A DNA stretch of 64,000 nucleotides from Clostridia bacterium. GTDB lineage: Bacteria; Bacillota; Clostridia; Oscillospirales; CAG-272. The position numbers and the translations under genes were made by a program. This document shows, in pieces, positions 26,572-36,301 of the stretch (position 1 is its first letter; each line of letters begins with the position of its first letter). The DNA lies in NCBI GenBank assembly GCA_017450945.1, contig JAFSSP010000031.1, forward strand, positions 27,899 to 91,898. The letters run 5' to 3'. The notes under the pieces are model-generated. The model was not told the origin of the DNA. It saw nothing but the letters and a program-made list of their open reading frames with translations, and did no database searches.

Positions 26572-27670
26572 CTCCCTTTCCGGTCATTTGTTCGATCTTT
26601 CCGTGCAGATCGTGGATCACTTCGGGTTTTTCCAGTTCGGGAGCCCGCGGATCGAGGAGCCAGGTCTTGGCAAAGTGCGTTTCGGAGACCTGGAAGAAGG
26701 GCGGCTCCTTGACAAAATCGATCTGGAGCGCCTTCGGATTTCTCGGAGCGAAGGAATCGCCTACGATCTTATTGAAAAGGGACGGCGGCGTTCCGGTGAT
26801 GTAATAGAGATCCTCGCCTTTGACGCCGAGCTGCGGAAGCGACGACAGAAGCGCCCAGGTGTAGGGATGCTTCGGATCGTAGAAGATGTCTTCTGCCGTT
26901 CCGTACTCGACGATCTGGCCGCCGTACATAACGCCGACGCGGTCGGCAACCTTTGCAACAACGCCGAGGTCGTGCGTAATGTAGATGGTGGTAAATCCGA
27001 GTTCCTTTTGCAGATCCTTGATGAGCTTGATGATCTGCGCCTGAATGGTCACGTCGAGCGCGGTGGTCGGCTCGTCGCAAATGAGGATCTCGGGGTGGCA
27101 GGAGAGCGCAATGGCAATAACGATTCTCTGACGCATACCGCCCGAATACTGGAACGGATACTCGTCAAAACGGTCGGCGGCGTTCGGAATGCCGACGCGC
27201 GACATCATGTTGATCGCCTGCTCTTTTGCTTCCTGTTTGGAGATTTTTTGGTGTTTTTCAATGACTTCAACGATCTGCGAACCGATCGTGCGGATCGGGT
27301 TGAGCGAGGTCATCGGATCCTGGAAGACGGTTGCGATTTTTGCGCCACGAATGCCTTCCCAGTCCTTATCCTTCACGAGTTTGACCAGATCAATCCCGGG
27401 ATTTTCCACTTGTTCTCCGGTGGTCGGGTCGGTGGCGCTTCTGCCGTAGAACATGATCGAGCCGTTCGTGATTCGGCCGTTCGATTCGAGCATGCCGGTA
27501 AAGGTCTTGGTAAAGACCGATTTTCCCGAGCCCGATTCGCCGACAATGGCGAAAGTCTCCCCTTCGTAAAGGTCGAGCGAGACGTTCCGAATGGCAGTCA
27601 GGTAGTTCTGGCGAACGCGGAATTTGACTTCAACGTCCTTTGCAGACAATACAATTCTTTTTTCAGCCAT
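26546..27670 (-). CDS. Peptide ABC transporter ATP-binding protein (OppD/DppD-type)
   Basis: Walker [10 protein letters not shown], signature [15 protein letters not shown], Walker [13 protein letters not shown]. It has a ~35-aa insertion after Walker A. Confidence 0.9.
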   Translation of the reverse strand: MAEKRIVLSAKDVEVKFRVRQNYLTAIRNVSLDLYEGETFAIVGESGSGKSVFTKTFTGMLESNGRITNGSIMFYGRSATDPTTGEQVENPGIDLVKLVKDKDWEGIRGAKIATVFQDPMTSLNPIRTIGSQIVEVIEKHQKISKQEAKEQAINMMSRVGIPNAADRFDEYPFQYSGGMRQRIVIAIALSCHPEILICDEPTTALDVTIQAQIIKLIKDLQKELGFTTIYITHDLGVVAKVADRVGVMYGGQIVEYGTAEDIFYDPKHPYTWALLSSLPQLGVKGEDLYYITGTPPSLFNKIVGDSFAPRNPKALQIDFVKEPPFFQVSETHFAKTWLLDPRAPELEKPEVIHDLHGKIEQMTGKGGAFYVDDE

Positions 27671-27682
27671 AATACCCTCCTA

Positions 27683-28735
27683 TCATCTGTGGGTGCGCGG
27701 ATCGGCCGCGTCTGCAAGTTTTTGTCCCACGATATAAAGAGAAATGGAAATAATGGCAAGAATGGAAACCGGGATCCAGAACAGGTGCGGATAGCCGTTC
27801 ATGTAGGTCGTGTACTGCGAGATCGTGCGTCCGAGAGACGCATACTGTTGTCCGAGACCGAGTCCCATGTAGGAGAGGAACACCTCGTAGGAGATGAGCG
27901 CCGGAACCTGTCTGGAAATGTAGGTCATGATGACCGAGACGAGATACGGAAGAATGTTCTTCGTGATCATCGTCCAGGTACTGGTACCAAGGCATTTCGA
28001 GGCGAGGTTGTATTCGCGGTCGCGGATGATCATGACCTGCGTTCGAATAAAGTAGGCCACGAAGATCCAGTCTGTGATCGTCATGGTGATGATCAGCGGA
28101 ATAAACGCGCCAAACTCACCGAGATGCGAGAACTTGTTGCGGAGGACGTAAGCCAGGATCATGGCAAGAAGCAGGAAAGGAATGTTGGAGATAATGTTGT
28201 AGATCTCAATCATCCACTTGTCCATCTTCTTGGAAAAGCCCCAGATAGCGCCAATGACGATGCCCACGATCATGTTGATCGCGGTCGCAGTCAAACTGAC
28301 GATCAGCGAGTTGCGCGCGCCTTCCCAAACGACATCAAACACCTCATTACCGATGTTATCGGTACCGAAAATGTGCTGCCAGGAAGGGGCAAGATATTTC
28401 CAATCCACATCATTGATATGCGGCGCGACCATCGGATCGTAATCCGAAAACGCCGGATAAATGAAGGAAAAGGATACAACAAGCACAACGAAAATGGCAA
28501 CTGCCACCGTAAATTTACTGCTGATAAAGGTCTTCCAAACCGATTTCCAGTAGGAGTAACGCGGAGCCGCAATGACCTCGGATTTCTTTTCGTCAAATTC
28601 GGCAAAGCCAAACAGCTCGTCCTCGTTGATTTCAGCCTCGTTCGTCTCTGGCTCGTTCTCTTGCGGGAGTTTGCCAAAGTCGTCTTTTTTGAGGCTGTAT
28701 TTGTCGAACATGTGTTTCTTAAAATAATTCATCAC
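27683..28735 (-). CDS. Peptide ABC transporter permease (OppC/DppC-type)
   Basis: 350-aa BPD_transp_1-type permease with a long acidic N-terminal cytoplasmic extension. Confidence 0.85.
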   Translation of the reverse strand: MMNYFKKHMFDKYSLKKDDFGKLPQENEPETNEAEINEDELFGFAEFDEKKSEVIAAPRYSYWKSVWKTFISSKFTVAVAIFVVLVVSFSFIYPAFSDYDPMVAPHINDVDWKYLAPSWQHIFGTDNIGNEVFDVVWEGARNSLIVSLTATAINMIVGIVIGAIWGFSKKMDKWMIEIYNIISNIPFLLLAMILAYVLRNKFSHLGEFGAFIPLIITMTITDWIFVAYFIRTQVMIIRDREYNLASKCLGTSTWTMITKNILPYLVSVIMTYISRQVPALISYEVFLSYMGLGLGQQYASLGRTISQYTTYMNGYPHLFWIPVSILAIISISLYIVGQKLADAADPRTHR

Positions 28736-30222
28736 GATCTACCCGCCTTTTCACTGAGTGAGATTCGCGGATCAACCTTGGTGAGGACAATATCGCCAAG
28801 GAGCACTGACAACACCGAGATACCCGCGAACATGAAGACGAGAGCAAGGATCATCGCGTTGTTGTACTTGTTGATCGAATCGGGAATCATTTTTCCCATA
28901 CCGCCGACCGAGTAAATGGCCTCGGTGATGATCGCGCCGGTGATACAGCCGGCAAGCGCCGTCGGAATACCGTGAGCGATCGGGATCACGGCGTTTTTGA
29001 AGATGTGCTTGTTGAAGATCTCGTTTTTGTTGAGTCCCTTTGCCTTTGCAAACTTGACATAGTCCGAGTTCATCTGGTCCACTACGTAGCGTCTCATCCA
29101 GAGCATAAGGCTCGAAATCGAAGGAAGCGCCAGAGAGATGGCCGGCAGAATCCAGGAGCGGATATCGCTCGAGCCGTAGACGGTAAAGACAGACGGCAAC
29201 TTAAAGAGAGATGTGCCAAAATAGCGGAATAAATAGATGTAGGCAAGAGACGGAACGGCAATGATGAAAATTATGTAAACCATACCCAGTTTATCAACCA
29301 GTTTGTCCTTGTGCTTTGCCATGGCAACGCCCATGGGAAGGCCGATCAGGTAGGACAAAACAAGGGCAACAATACCCATGATGAAGGAAGTTCCTACCAT
29401 CGAGGGCTGGCTCTTTTGAGTCTGATAGGTGGCATAGTTATCGACAAATTTATTTCGATCCATCCGGTCCGGGTTGTATTTGTAGGTCAAGGTACCGAAA
29501 ATGATGGCAGACTCGGCCTCATAGCCGGTCTCAAAGGTCACGGTACGTTTGACCTCCTCGCCTTGGGACTGGAAGATCACGTTCAAAACCTCAAACCCTT
29601 GGAAGGTCGGGTAGGATTTGCCAAGATTGAGTTTAATGAAATTCTGATGGATAAAGGGGAAATTGGAATCGGTATAAAACAGGTACTTGTGCTCGGTACC
29701 ACTACCGATGATCGCAAGCCCTCCGGTCGGCGTTCTGCCGAACTTGATGTATCGTTCCAGATCCGGATTGTTGGGATCCTGAATCACCCAGGGATGATCG
29801 ATCTTGATCATGTTGCCGAACCAGGAAAGCAGGCGCTTTGCAATCGGAATATCCTTGTAAGCATACAACTGCTTGCTCATGGGATATTCTTCTACAGTAT
29901 AGCCCATCTTTTCATAGGTTTCTCTGAACGTTGCGGATTCCGGAGAATCGGGTTCGAGAGCTGCCGGATCGGTCTTCTCGTACAGTTCACTGCAGTAATC
30001 GGAAATCGTTACATAATCGAGATAGCCCAGCTTTTCCCAGGTCGTGTATTGATAATCTCTCTTGGTATCCGGTTTGCCTCCGAGCTTTTTGAAGACCGGG
30101 TCGTCCGAAAAGATATTTTCACGCGGGATCAGCGTGTAAACCATGATAAAAACGATCACTATTATTATAAACAGGGAGATCAGCGACCGAAGCAGCCGCA
30201 ACGCTATGTAACCCTTTTTCAT
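28732..30222 (-). CDS. Peptide ABC transporter permease (OppB/DppB-type, long form)
   Basis: 496 aa. TM1 is followed by a ~200-aa hydrophilic insert before the conserved permease core. Confidence 0.85.
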   Translation of the reverse strand: MKKGYIALRLLRSLISLFIIIVIVFIMVYTLIPRENIFSDDPVFKKLGGKPDTKRDYQYTTWEKLGYLDYVTISDYCSELYEKTDPAALEPDSPESATFRETYEKMGYTVEEYPMSKQLYAYKDIPIAKRLLSWFGNMIKIDHPWVIQDPNNPDLERYIKFGRTPTGGLAIIGSGTEHKYLFYTDSNFPFIHQNFIKLNLGKSYPTFQGFEVLNVIFQSQGEEVKRTVTFETGYEAESAIIFGTLTYKYNPDRMDRNKFVDNYATYQTQKSQPSMVGTSFIMGIVALVLSYLIGLPMGVAMAKHKDKLVDKLGMVYIIFIIAVPSLAYIYLFRYFGTSLFKLPSVFTVYGSSDIRSWILPAISLALPSISSLMLWMRRYVVDQMNSDYVKFAKAKGLNKNEIFNKHIFKNAVIPIAHGIPTALAGCITGAIITEAIYSVGGMGKMIPDSINKYNNAMILALVFMFAGISVLSVLLGDIVLTKVDPRISLSEKAGRS

Positions 30223-30321
30223 AATAGTCTCCTTTAGTTAAAACAGCGAGGGCCAGGAGAACAAGTCTTCCGGCCCTCGCTGCTCTATGTCATTTAATAA
30301 TTAGTAGAAACTTCGTTCGGA

Positions 30322-32328
30322 TTATTCACCCTTGAGCCAAGCTTCTTTTGCGGCATAGTAGTCAGCAGCTTTGACAGGCTCGTCCTGAAGCTTCATGTAC
30401 TTGAAGTAAGGAACGGTGTTGTAGGAAGCCTGACCATAGAGGCCGTAAGCAGAGCTGAACGGAACAACCTTGCTGATACCAAGGGTTGCGCCACGAGTGG
30501 AGTACGGTCTGAGGATACCGTTTGCAAGCAGGGTAGCCTCGATCTTAGCAAATGCTTCGATACGAGCGTCGCCGCTAAGGACTGCAGCTTCCTTGATCAT
30601 AACCAGGACGTCGTCAAGGCCGATTGCGTCGATGGCAGCTTTGTTGGAAGCGGACTGACCTTCGCCCTCTTCAGCGAGGTTGAGGCCGGAGTAAGCAAGC
30701 ATATCACCATTCTCTGCGTTGTAGCAGTTGATGTAGGTGAGCGGGTCGCCATAGTCAGGTCCCCAACCGGCAGAGAATGCGAAGTCGATGCAGTTCTGGT
30801 CGCCGGTGGCAACATCGTAGAATGCTGCATAGTAGTCATCCGAGTTAGCGAACATGATCAGGTTGACATACACATAGTCGCCGATAGCCGACTCGATCGC
30901 GTTCTTCATAGCGATAGCAGCGTTGGTGTTGTTAGCAGAGGTGCTGACGACCGGGTAGTCGAGGTGGATCGGCCAAGAAGAAATGGTGGAGCCGAGTTCC
31001 TGCTTTGCCTTTTCGGCAAATGCCTTTGCTCTTTCAACATTGTACCAGCCGTCCTGACCGTCGGTGAGGTCGATGCCCTTGAATGCGGGTTCGATCTCTT
31101 CGAGGTACTTGGTTACGAGTGCGCCGATAGCGGTGCCGTCGCTCTTAGCAACGAAGGTGTAAGGAACGAGAGTATTTCTTGCTCTGTCAAGCGCTCTCTC
31201 TTCACCCATGGTGATCGCTTCGGTAGCTCTGGTGGAGTAAGCAGCGTAAACAGCAAGACGGAAATACTTGTTCAGGATAGCAGCCTTGGTGTCGGCCTTC
31301 TGAGCCTCGGTCTTATCGGTGGTGATGACCGAAGGATCGGTGTAGAGCGAGTAGCTCTGTCTGTCGAAGTTGAACGCGCCCCAGAAAGAGGTAGCGGTGG
31401 TCATCGACTTGTACTGGTTGTCAGCATACTTGCTGTCAGCAATTGCAACAACATCCGGCAGAGCGGAGTTGATGGCGGTGGAGGTCACCTCGCCTCTGTC
31501 GAACATCATGAAGTTCTGAGAAGCGTCCTGGCCGTCGGTGTAGGTCACTTTGACATGGTCAACGAACACGTTGTCCTTGTCATAGTAGTTCTGGTTCTTG
31601 TCGAACTTGACTTCCTGGTTAGCAACCAGAGAGGTCAGGATGTAGCAACCGTTGTAAAGGATGCCGGAGGGCTCGACAGCGCCGAAGTTTTCGCCCTTGG
31701 AAGCGAGGAATTCAGCGTTGATCGGGTAGAGGATGGAGTAGGTGGTCATACCGTCGAAGTAACCGCAGGGCTGGGTCAGAGTGTAGGTGACTTTGTTGCC
31801 TTCAGCCTTGACGCCGACTTCGTCCCACTCAGCGGTGCCGTTCTTGTAAGCCTTGAGACCAACGATGAGGTCTTCCACCAGAGACAGAGTCTCGGACTGG
31901 CTGTCAACAGCATGCTTCATACCGGTCACAAAGTCCTCAGCCTTAACCTTGTCGTAAACTTCGCCTTCGCTGGTGACCCAGTTGGCGTTGTCACGAATGG
32001 TAAAGGTCCAGACGCTTGCGTCTGCGTTAGATTCCCACTTCTCAGCCATACCAGCGATCAGGGTGCCGTGATTGTCCTGAGTCAGGAGACCTTCGATGAA
32101 GTTGGAGGTGTAGTCGCCGTTGGAAGATTTGTTGTTGTAAACATAGTCCAAGGTCGTGATGTTGAACATATCGATCATGGAGTAGGTTACTTCTTTCTTC
32201 TCATCGGGCTGTTCTACCGGCTTGTCATCCGGTTTGTTGTCCTCTGCGGGCTTCTGGTTCTGGTTGCAGGCTGCAAAGCAGAGCACCAGCATGATGGCCG
32301 CAAGGATGAGCGCGAGTACTTTTTTCAT
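30322..32328 (-). CDS. Peptide ABC transporter substrate-binding lipoprotein (family 5)
   Basis: Start MKKVLALILAAIMLVLCFAACNQ (lipobox) at 32328. Large SBP_bac_5-like body, 668 aa. Confidence 0.85.
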   Translation of the reverse strand: MKKVLALILAAIMLVLCFAACNQNQKPAEDNKPDDKPVEQPDEKKEVTYSMIDMFNITTLDYVYNNKSSNGDYTSNFIEGLLTQDNHGTLIAGMAEKWESNADASVWTFTIRDNANWVTSEGEVYDKVKAEDFVTGMKHAVDSQSETLSLVEDLIVGLKAYKNGTAEWDEVGVKAEGNKVTYTLTQPCGYFDGMTTYSILYPINAEFLASKGENFGAVEPSGILYNGCYILTSLVANQEVKFDKNQNYYDKDNVFVDHVKVTYTDGQDASQNFMMFDRGEVTSTAINSALPDVVAIADSKYADNQYKSMTTATSFWGAFNFDRQSYSLYTDPSVITTDKTEAQKADTKAAILNKYFRLAVYAAYSTRATEAITMGEERALDRARNTLVPYTFVAKSDGTAIGALVTKYLEEIEPAFKGIDLTDGQDGWYNVERAKAFAEKAKQELGSTISSWPIHLDYPVVSTSANNTNAAIAMKNAIESAIGDYVYVNLIMFANSDDYYAAFYDVATGDQNCIDFAFSAGWGPDYGDPLTYINCYNAENGDMLAYSGLNLAEEGEGQSASNKAAIDAIGLDDVLVMIKEAAVLSGDARIEAFAKIEATLLANGILRPYSTRGATLGISKVVPFSSAYGLYGQASYNTVPYFKYMKLQDEPVKAADYYAAKEAWLKGE

Positions 32329-32400
32329 TGTTTTTCTCCTTTTCAAAATTTTTTCAATGTAAAAAATCTCATTTACTCGGCATTTTTTGAGACATAATAC

Positions 32401-32429
32401 ATTATAAACTAAAATGAAGGCCCTGTCAA
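32401..32429 (-). promoter_or_regulatory. Promoter of the peptide ABC operon
   Basis: On the minus strand: TTGACA (32429-32424), 17 nt, TATAAT (32406-32401). Confidence 0.55.
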
Positions 32430-32599
32430 TAGAATATTGCAAAAAAAATTGCACAAACGTCACAGAAAGCCCATTTTTTTATACAATTGCACTCAAAAAA
32501 ATACTTTTTTTGCCGCTTGCGGACACGTTTTATGCAAAATGACAGAAAAAAACAGCCGTTTTGATTGACAAAAAAGCCGTTTGGTGCTATGATGGTGGT

Positions 32600-32971
32600 A
32601 TGAAAAAGATATTCGGAAGCTTCAAAAGCATCAAGTGGCAGGCGCTTGTAGTCGCCGTTCCGCTCACATTGGCCTACCCCATCATCAAGGCGGCCATCTC
32701 TCAAAGAAACAGGCTGATGATTTTTGCAGACACCCTGCTCATCATCAGTCTCATTCTGGTTGCCCTCGGCGTTCTTTTTACCTTTACGCGCTTCGGCGAC
32801 TTTGATATCACCCGCTACATTTTCCGCCGCGGGACCGACAAAAACGCAAAATCCTTTGCGGAATACAAAAAAGACCGCGAAGCAGAGCGCCGCGAAACCT
32901 TCAACTATCCGCTCTTCTTCGGGCTTGTTTACCTCGCCCTCTCGCTGTTTATTTCTTTTGTTTTTTGCTGA
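32600..32971 (+). CDS. DUF3899-like small membrane protein
   Basis: Two to three TM helices with a central basic loop (RRGTDKNAKSFAEYKKDREAERRE). The ATG at 32600 lies 6 nt after a TATGAT -10. Confidence 0.65.
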   Translation: MKKIFGSFKSIKWQALVVAVPLTLAYPIIKAAISQRNRLMIFADTLLIISLILVALGVLFTFTRFGDFDITRYIFRRGTDKNAKSFAEYKKDREAERRETFNYPLFFGLVYLALSLFISFVFC

Positions 32972-32983
32972 AACAGACTTTCC

Positions 32984-33012
32984 AAACCCGGAATGAAAAT
33001 TTCCGGGTTTTT
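32984..33012 (+). terminator. Rho-independent terminator
   Basis: AAACCCGGAA / TTCCGGGTTT stem plus a T-run. Confidence 0.7.
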
Positions 33013-33083
33013 GTTTGCTTTTTCCTTTACAAATCTCCTCTTTTCTGCTAAAATACAGATAGAAAAACACAAAGGAGGCCGCT

Positions 33084-33608
33084 ATGAACGAACTTCTTAC
33101 TGCCATGAAAGAGCGCCGGAGCGTGCGCCGCTTTACTCCCGAGATGCCGAAAAAGGAGGATCTGGATCAGATCATCGAGGCCGGGCTGTTTGCCCCGAGC
33201 GGACGGAACAGTCAGTCGGCGATCATCCTTTGCGTCACCGATCCCGGGATCCGGAAAGAGCTGATGGAGGAAAACTGCAAGATCGGCGGCTGGGAGGGAA
33301 CTTTTGATCCCTTTTATGGCGCGCCTGTGATCCTCATTGTGCTGGCAAACAAAGAGGTCGGCACCTCGATCTACGACGCAAGCCTTGTCATGGAAAACCT
33401 CATGCTCGCCGCCCACTCGCTGGGCCTTGGAAGCATCTGGATCCACCGGGCAAAAGAAGAATTTGAGGGCGAATTTGGCAAATACCTGCTCCAGAAGCTC
33501 GGCATCGAAGGCTCCTGGGAGGGCGTGGGTCACTGCGCCGTGGGGTACACCGACGGGCCTCTCCCCCCTGCTCCCGCCCGCAAACCGAACCGGGTATTTT
33601 GGATCTGA
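33084..33608 (+). CDS. Nitroreductase-family protein
   Basis: [13 protein letters not shown]-binding N-terminal motif and APSGRNSQ, 174 aa. Confidence 0.85.
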   Translation: MNELLTAMKERRSVRRFTPEMPKKEDLDQIIEAGLFAPSGRNSQSAIILCVTDPGIRKELMEENCKIGGWEGTFDPFYGAPVILIVLANKEVGTSIYDASLVMENLMLAAHSLGLGSIWIHRAKEEFEGEFGKYLLQKLGIEGSWEGVGHCAVGYTDGPLPPAPARKPNRVFWI

Positions 33609-33622
33609 AAGAAGGGATCGTC

Positions 33623-34387
33623 ATGCAAAAACTTTCCTTGCAATATCATCTGAAAATCCAGCCGGGCGACGTAGGAAGATATGTTCTGCTTCCCGGAGAC
33701 CCCGGCCGCTGCGAGCAGATCGCCTCGCATTTTGACGACGCACATCAAGTGGTGCAGAACCGCGAGTTCAACATCTGGACCGGAAAGCTCGCAGGCGAAA
33801 AAGTTTCTGTCTGTTCGACCGGCATCGGCGGCCCCTCGGCGGCCATTGCCATGGAGGAGCTTCACAACGTGGGCGCCGACACCTTTATTCGCGTCGGGAC
33901 CTGCGGCGGCATCGACCTGTCTGTCCTCCCCGACGATCTTGTGATCGCCACCGGCGCCGTACGCTTTGAGCATACCTCGCTCGAATACGCACCGATCGAG
34001 TTCCCCGCCGTGCCGGATTTTGATCTGACTGCGGCCCTGCGGGAAGCGGCCGAGGAGTTAAAATACCCCTACCACATGGGAGTTGTGCAATGCAAAGACT
34101 CCTTCTACGGCCAGCATATCCCAAAGCGAATGCCGGTGGCCGACGAACTGCTCTCTAAATGGGAAGCCTGGAAAAAGCTCGGCGTCAAGGCCTCGGAGAT
34201 GGAGTCGGCCGCGCTCTTTGTCATTGCCGCCGCGCTCGATTGCCGGTGCGCCGCCTGCCTGCACGTCGTCTGGAACCAGGAACGCGAGGCCGCAGGCTTT
34301 GCCATGCCGCCGGTCGGATCCACCGCCTCGGCCATCAAGACCTCGGTCGAAGCAATGAAGAAAATCATTGAAAAGGATAAAAAATAA
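33623..34387 (+). CDS. udp: Uridine phosphorylase
   Basis: Collinear with E. coli Udp motifs: [39 protein letters not shown]. Confidence 0.85.
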   Translation: MQKLSLQYHLKIQPGDVGRYVLLPGDPGRCEQIASHFDDAHQVVQNREFNIWTGKLAGEKVSVCSTGIGGPSAAIAMEELHNVGADTFIRVGTCGGIDLSVLPDDLVIATGAVRFEHTSLEYAPIEFPAVPDFDLTAALREAAEELKYPYHMGVVQCKDSFYGQHIPKRMPVADELLSKWEAWKKLGVKASEMESAALFVIAAALDCRCAACLHVVWNQEREAAGFAMPPVGSTASAIKTSVEAMKKIIEKDKK

Positions 34388-34397
34388 AAGCAAAAAC

Positions 34398-34420
34398 CCC
34401 GCTGTGAAGTTTACAGCGGG
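34398..34420. terminator. Bidirectional terminator between udp and the convergent membrane-protein gene
   Basis: CCCGCTGT / ACAGCGGG stem flanked by A-rich and T-rich tracts. Confidence 0.55.
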
Positions 34421-34436
34421 TTTTCGTTTGCAAAAG

Positions 34437-35123
34437 TTATTCGGTTGCCTCTTCGGCAGAGGCAGAGCGGACTGTAAAGCTGCGGTTTTTGAGCACGAAC
34501 AGGCCGATTGCAATATGGAAAAAGAGACCGGAAAGATTTTCGACAAAGCTCAGAACGTATTCGTGAGCGTCATAGGCGGGAAGTGTTCCGCTGATCTGCT
34601 CGATCACGGATTTGATTGCAAAAAAGCCGTAATATCCCACGGCAATCGCCGCAGAGAGCAACAGAATGCAGATCGGAAGGATCGAAAAGACCGGCTTTGA
34701 AAAGCTCTTCCAGCATCCGATGATCAAAAGGACCGACGCAATCACAACAAGAGCCGAAAGGATCACCGCTCCGATGTGCTCTCTTACCAGGTTGTCGGAA
34801 AGAGCGTCTTCTTTTGAAAGCCAGTTCAGCACATCGTATCCGGATCCCATCACGGTAAAGGCGTGAAGCGCGGCAAAAACGATGAACAGAATGAACGGCA
34901 GAATCTTTGCGCGTCCGCCCTTGCAAAGGAAGGCCGTATAAAGGATCAAAAGCAGTTTTGGAAGAGCCGAAAGGGCCTCCGCAATACATGCGGAAGGCGT
35001 GATCGCGCTCTCATACCAGACGAGCAATATGACCTTGTAAGCGATCAGAGCGAGTGAAACGATCGAGAAGACCAGCACCGCAATGCGCGCGTTGAGTTGA
35101 TTTTTTTGATTGTCAACAGTCAT
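34437..35123 (-). CDS. Hypothetical polytopic membrane protein
   Basis: 228 aa with about 6 hydrophobic segments and no recognisable motif. Confidence 0.55.
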   Translation of the reverse strand: MTVDNQKNQLNARIAVLVFSIVSLALIAYKVILLVWYESAITPSACIAEALSALPKLLLILYTAFLCKGGRAKILPFILFIVFAALHAFTVMGSGYDVLNWLSKEDALSDNLVREHIGAVILSALVVIASVLLIIGCWKSFSKPVFSILPICILLLSAAIAVGYYGFFAIKSVIEQISGTLPAYDAHEYVLSFVENLSGLFFHIAIGLFVLKNRSFTVRSASAEEATE

Positions 35124-35153
35124 GGGAAAAGCCCCCTTTTGGTCAAGTCTTTT

Positions 35154-35315
35154 TTAGTCCACTTTCTCGAACATATCCTTGCTGACGCCGCAGATCGGAC
35201 AGCACCAGTCCTCGGGCAGATCTTCAAAAGCCGTGCCGGGCGCGATGCCGCTGTCGGGATCGCCTACTGCCGGGTCATAGATATAACCGCAAGGGCCGCA
35301 TTGATATTTTGCCAT
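35154..35315 (-). CDS. Rubredoxin
   Basis: [15 protein letters not shown]...WCCPICG, two CxxCG knuckles, 53 aa. RBS AAGGAGAAA. Confidence 0.9.
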   Translation of the reverse strand: MAKYQCGPCGYIYDPAVGDPDSGIAPGTAFEDLPEDWCCPICGVSKDMFEKVD

Positions 35316-35394
35316 GATGATTTCTCCTTTTTCGGATAAATTTGGTACATGACAATTATACAGGCTTCGGGGAATTTTGTCAAGTCCGAAAATC

Positions 35395-36198
35395 CTATCC
35401 GAGCGCAACGTCCAGGATCATCATGATCGCAAAGCCGAGCGAAAAGCAAAACAGTCCGTCTCGTCGCCTTTCCACGCTCATCTCGGGGATGAGTTCTTCG
35501 ACCACGACGTAGATCATCGCACCGGCCGCAAAAGCGAGAAGATAGGGCATGGCGGGAGCAAAGCGCCCGAAGGCAAGCAGGGTAACAAGGCTGAACACAG
35601 GCTCCACCGCGCCCGAAAGCGTCCCAAGAAAAAAGGCTCTCCCCTTCCCCGATCCTCCCGCCGAGAGTGGAAGCGATATGATGGCGCCCTCCGGAAAATT
35701 CTGAATGGCAATGCCGAGCGCGAGCGCAAAGGCCGCGCCCATGGCAGACTCGTCTCCGCCTACGAGCGCCCCGGCGTAGATCGCGCCGACCGCCATACCC
35801 TCCGGAATGTTGTGAAGCGTCACGGCAAGCACCGTCATGGCGAGCTTTCCGGTGGTATCTCGAGTGTACGCGTTGGCTTTTGCAATCAAGCCCGGCGCAA
35901 GGCGGTCAAGTCCGAACAAAAAGAAAACGCCAAAGAAAAACCCGATCGCCGCCGGCAGAAAAGAAAAATTTCCGTATCCTTCCGACTGCTCGATGGCCGG
36001 GATCAGAAGGCTCCAGACCGACGAGGCAAGCATGACGCCTGCCGCAAAGCCGCAAAGCGCGCGCGAAAGCCGCTCGCCGAGATTCTTTTTGAGAAAAAAG
36101 ACGCAGGCCGCGCCGAGCGTCGTACCAAGAAACGGGATCGAAAGTCCCAGAATCGTTTTCCAAACCAAGTTCCATTCACCTCCAAAGCATAGGAGCAA
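35395..36198 (-). CDS. ZIP-family divalent-metal transporter (ZupT-like)
   Basis: [10 protein letters not shown] and [10 protein letters not shown] signature helices. The exact start is uncertain; a TTG 10 codons in, preceded by GGAGG, is an alternative. Confidence 0.85.
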   Translation of the reverse strand: MLLCFGGEWNLVWKTILGLSIPFLGTTLGAACVFFLKKNLGERLSRALCGFAAGVMLASSVWSLLIPAIEQSEGYGNFSFLPAAIGFFFGVFFLFGLDRLAPGLIAKANAYTRDTTGKLAMTVLAVTLHNIPEGMAVGAIYAGALVGGDESAMGAAFALALGIAIQNFPEGAIISLPLSAGGSGKGRAFFLGTLSGAVEPVFSLVTLLAFGRFAPAMPYLLAFAAGAMIYVVVEELIPEMSVERRRDGLFCFSLGFAIMMILDVALG

Positions 36199-36257
36199 GG
36201 GACGATGCCCTCTCTTTTTATCCTATGCTCAAAAGGCCGGTTTGGGAAGAATACAAA

Positions 36258-36291
36258 GCTCCCGCAGGCGCAAAACGGCGCTTGCGGGAGC
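36258..36291 (-). terminator. Terminator of the citrate-synthase/aconitase/IDH/pepF transcription unit
   Basis: GCTCCCGCAGGCGC / GCGCTTGCGGGAGC, a 14-bp stem with one G-U pair. Confidence 0.6.
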
Positions 36292-36301
36292 AATTGGTTG
36301 G

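Noticed and set aside
26447-28915. 822-aa plus-strand ORF, the longest in the track for this region
   Set aside because: It is antisense to the oppD/oppC/oppB-type genes, which carry clear ABC and permease motifs. Its translation is low-complexity (Arg/Gly/Asp/Val-rich) with no motif, RBS or promoter. It is a typical shadow ORF of a GC-rich coding strand.
32330-32400. CodY-box-like AAAATTTTGAAAA upstream of the peptide ABC operon
   Set aside because: It only partly matches the AATTTTCWGAAAATT consensus, in an AT-rich leader where such matches arise by chance. I cannot support it without a position weight matrix scan.
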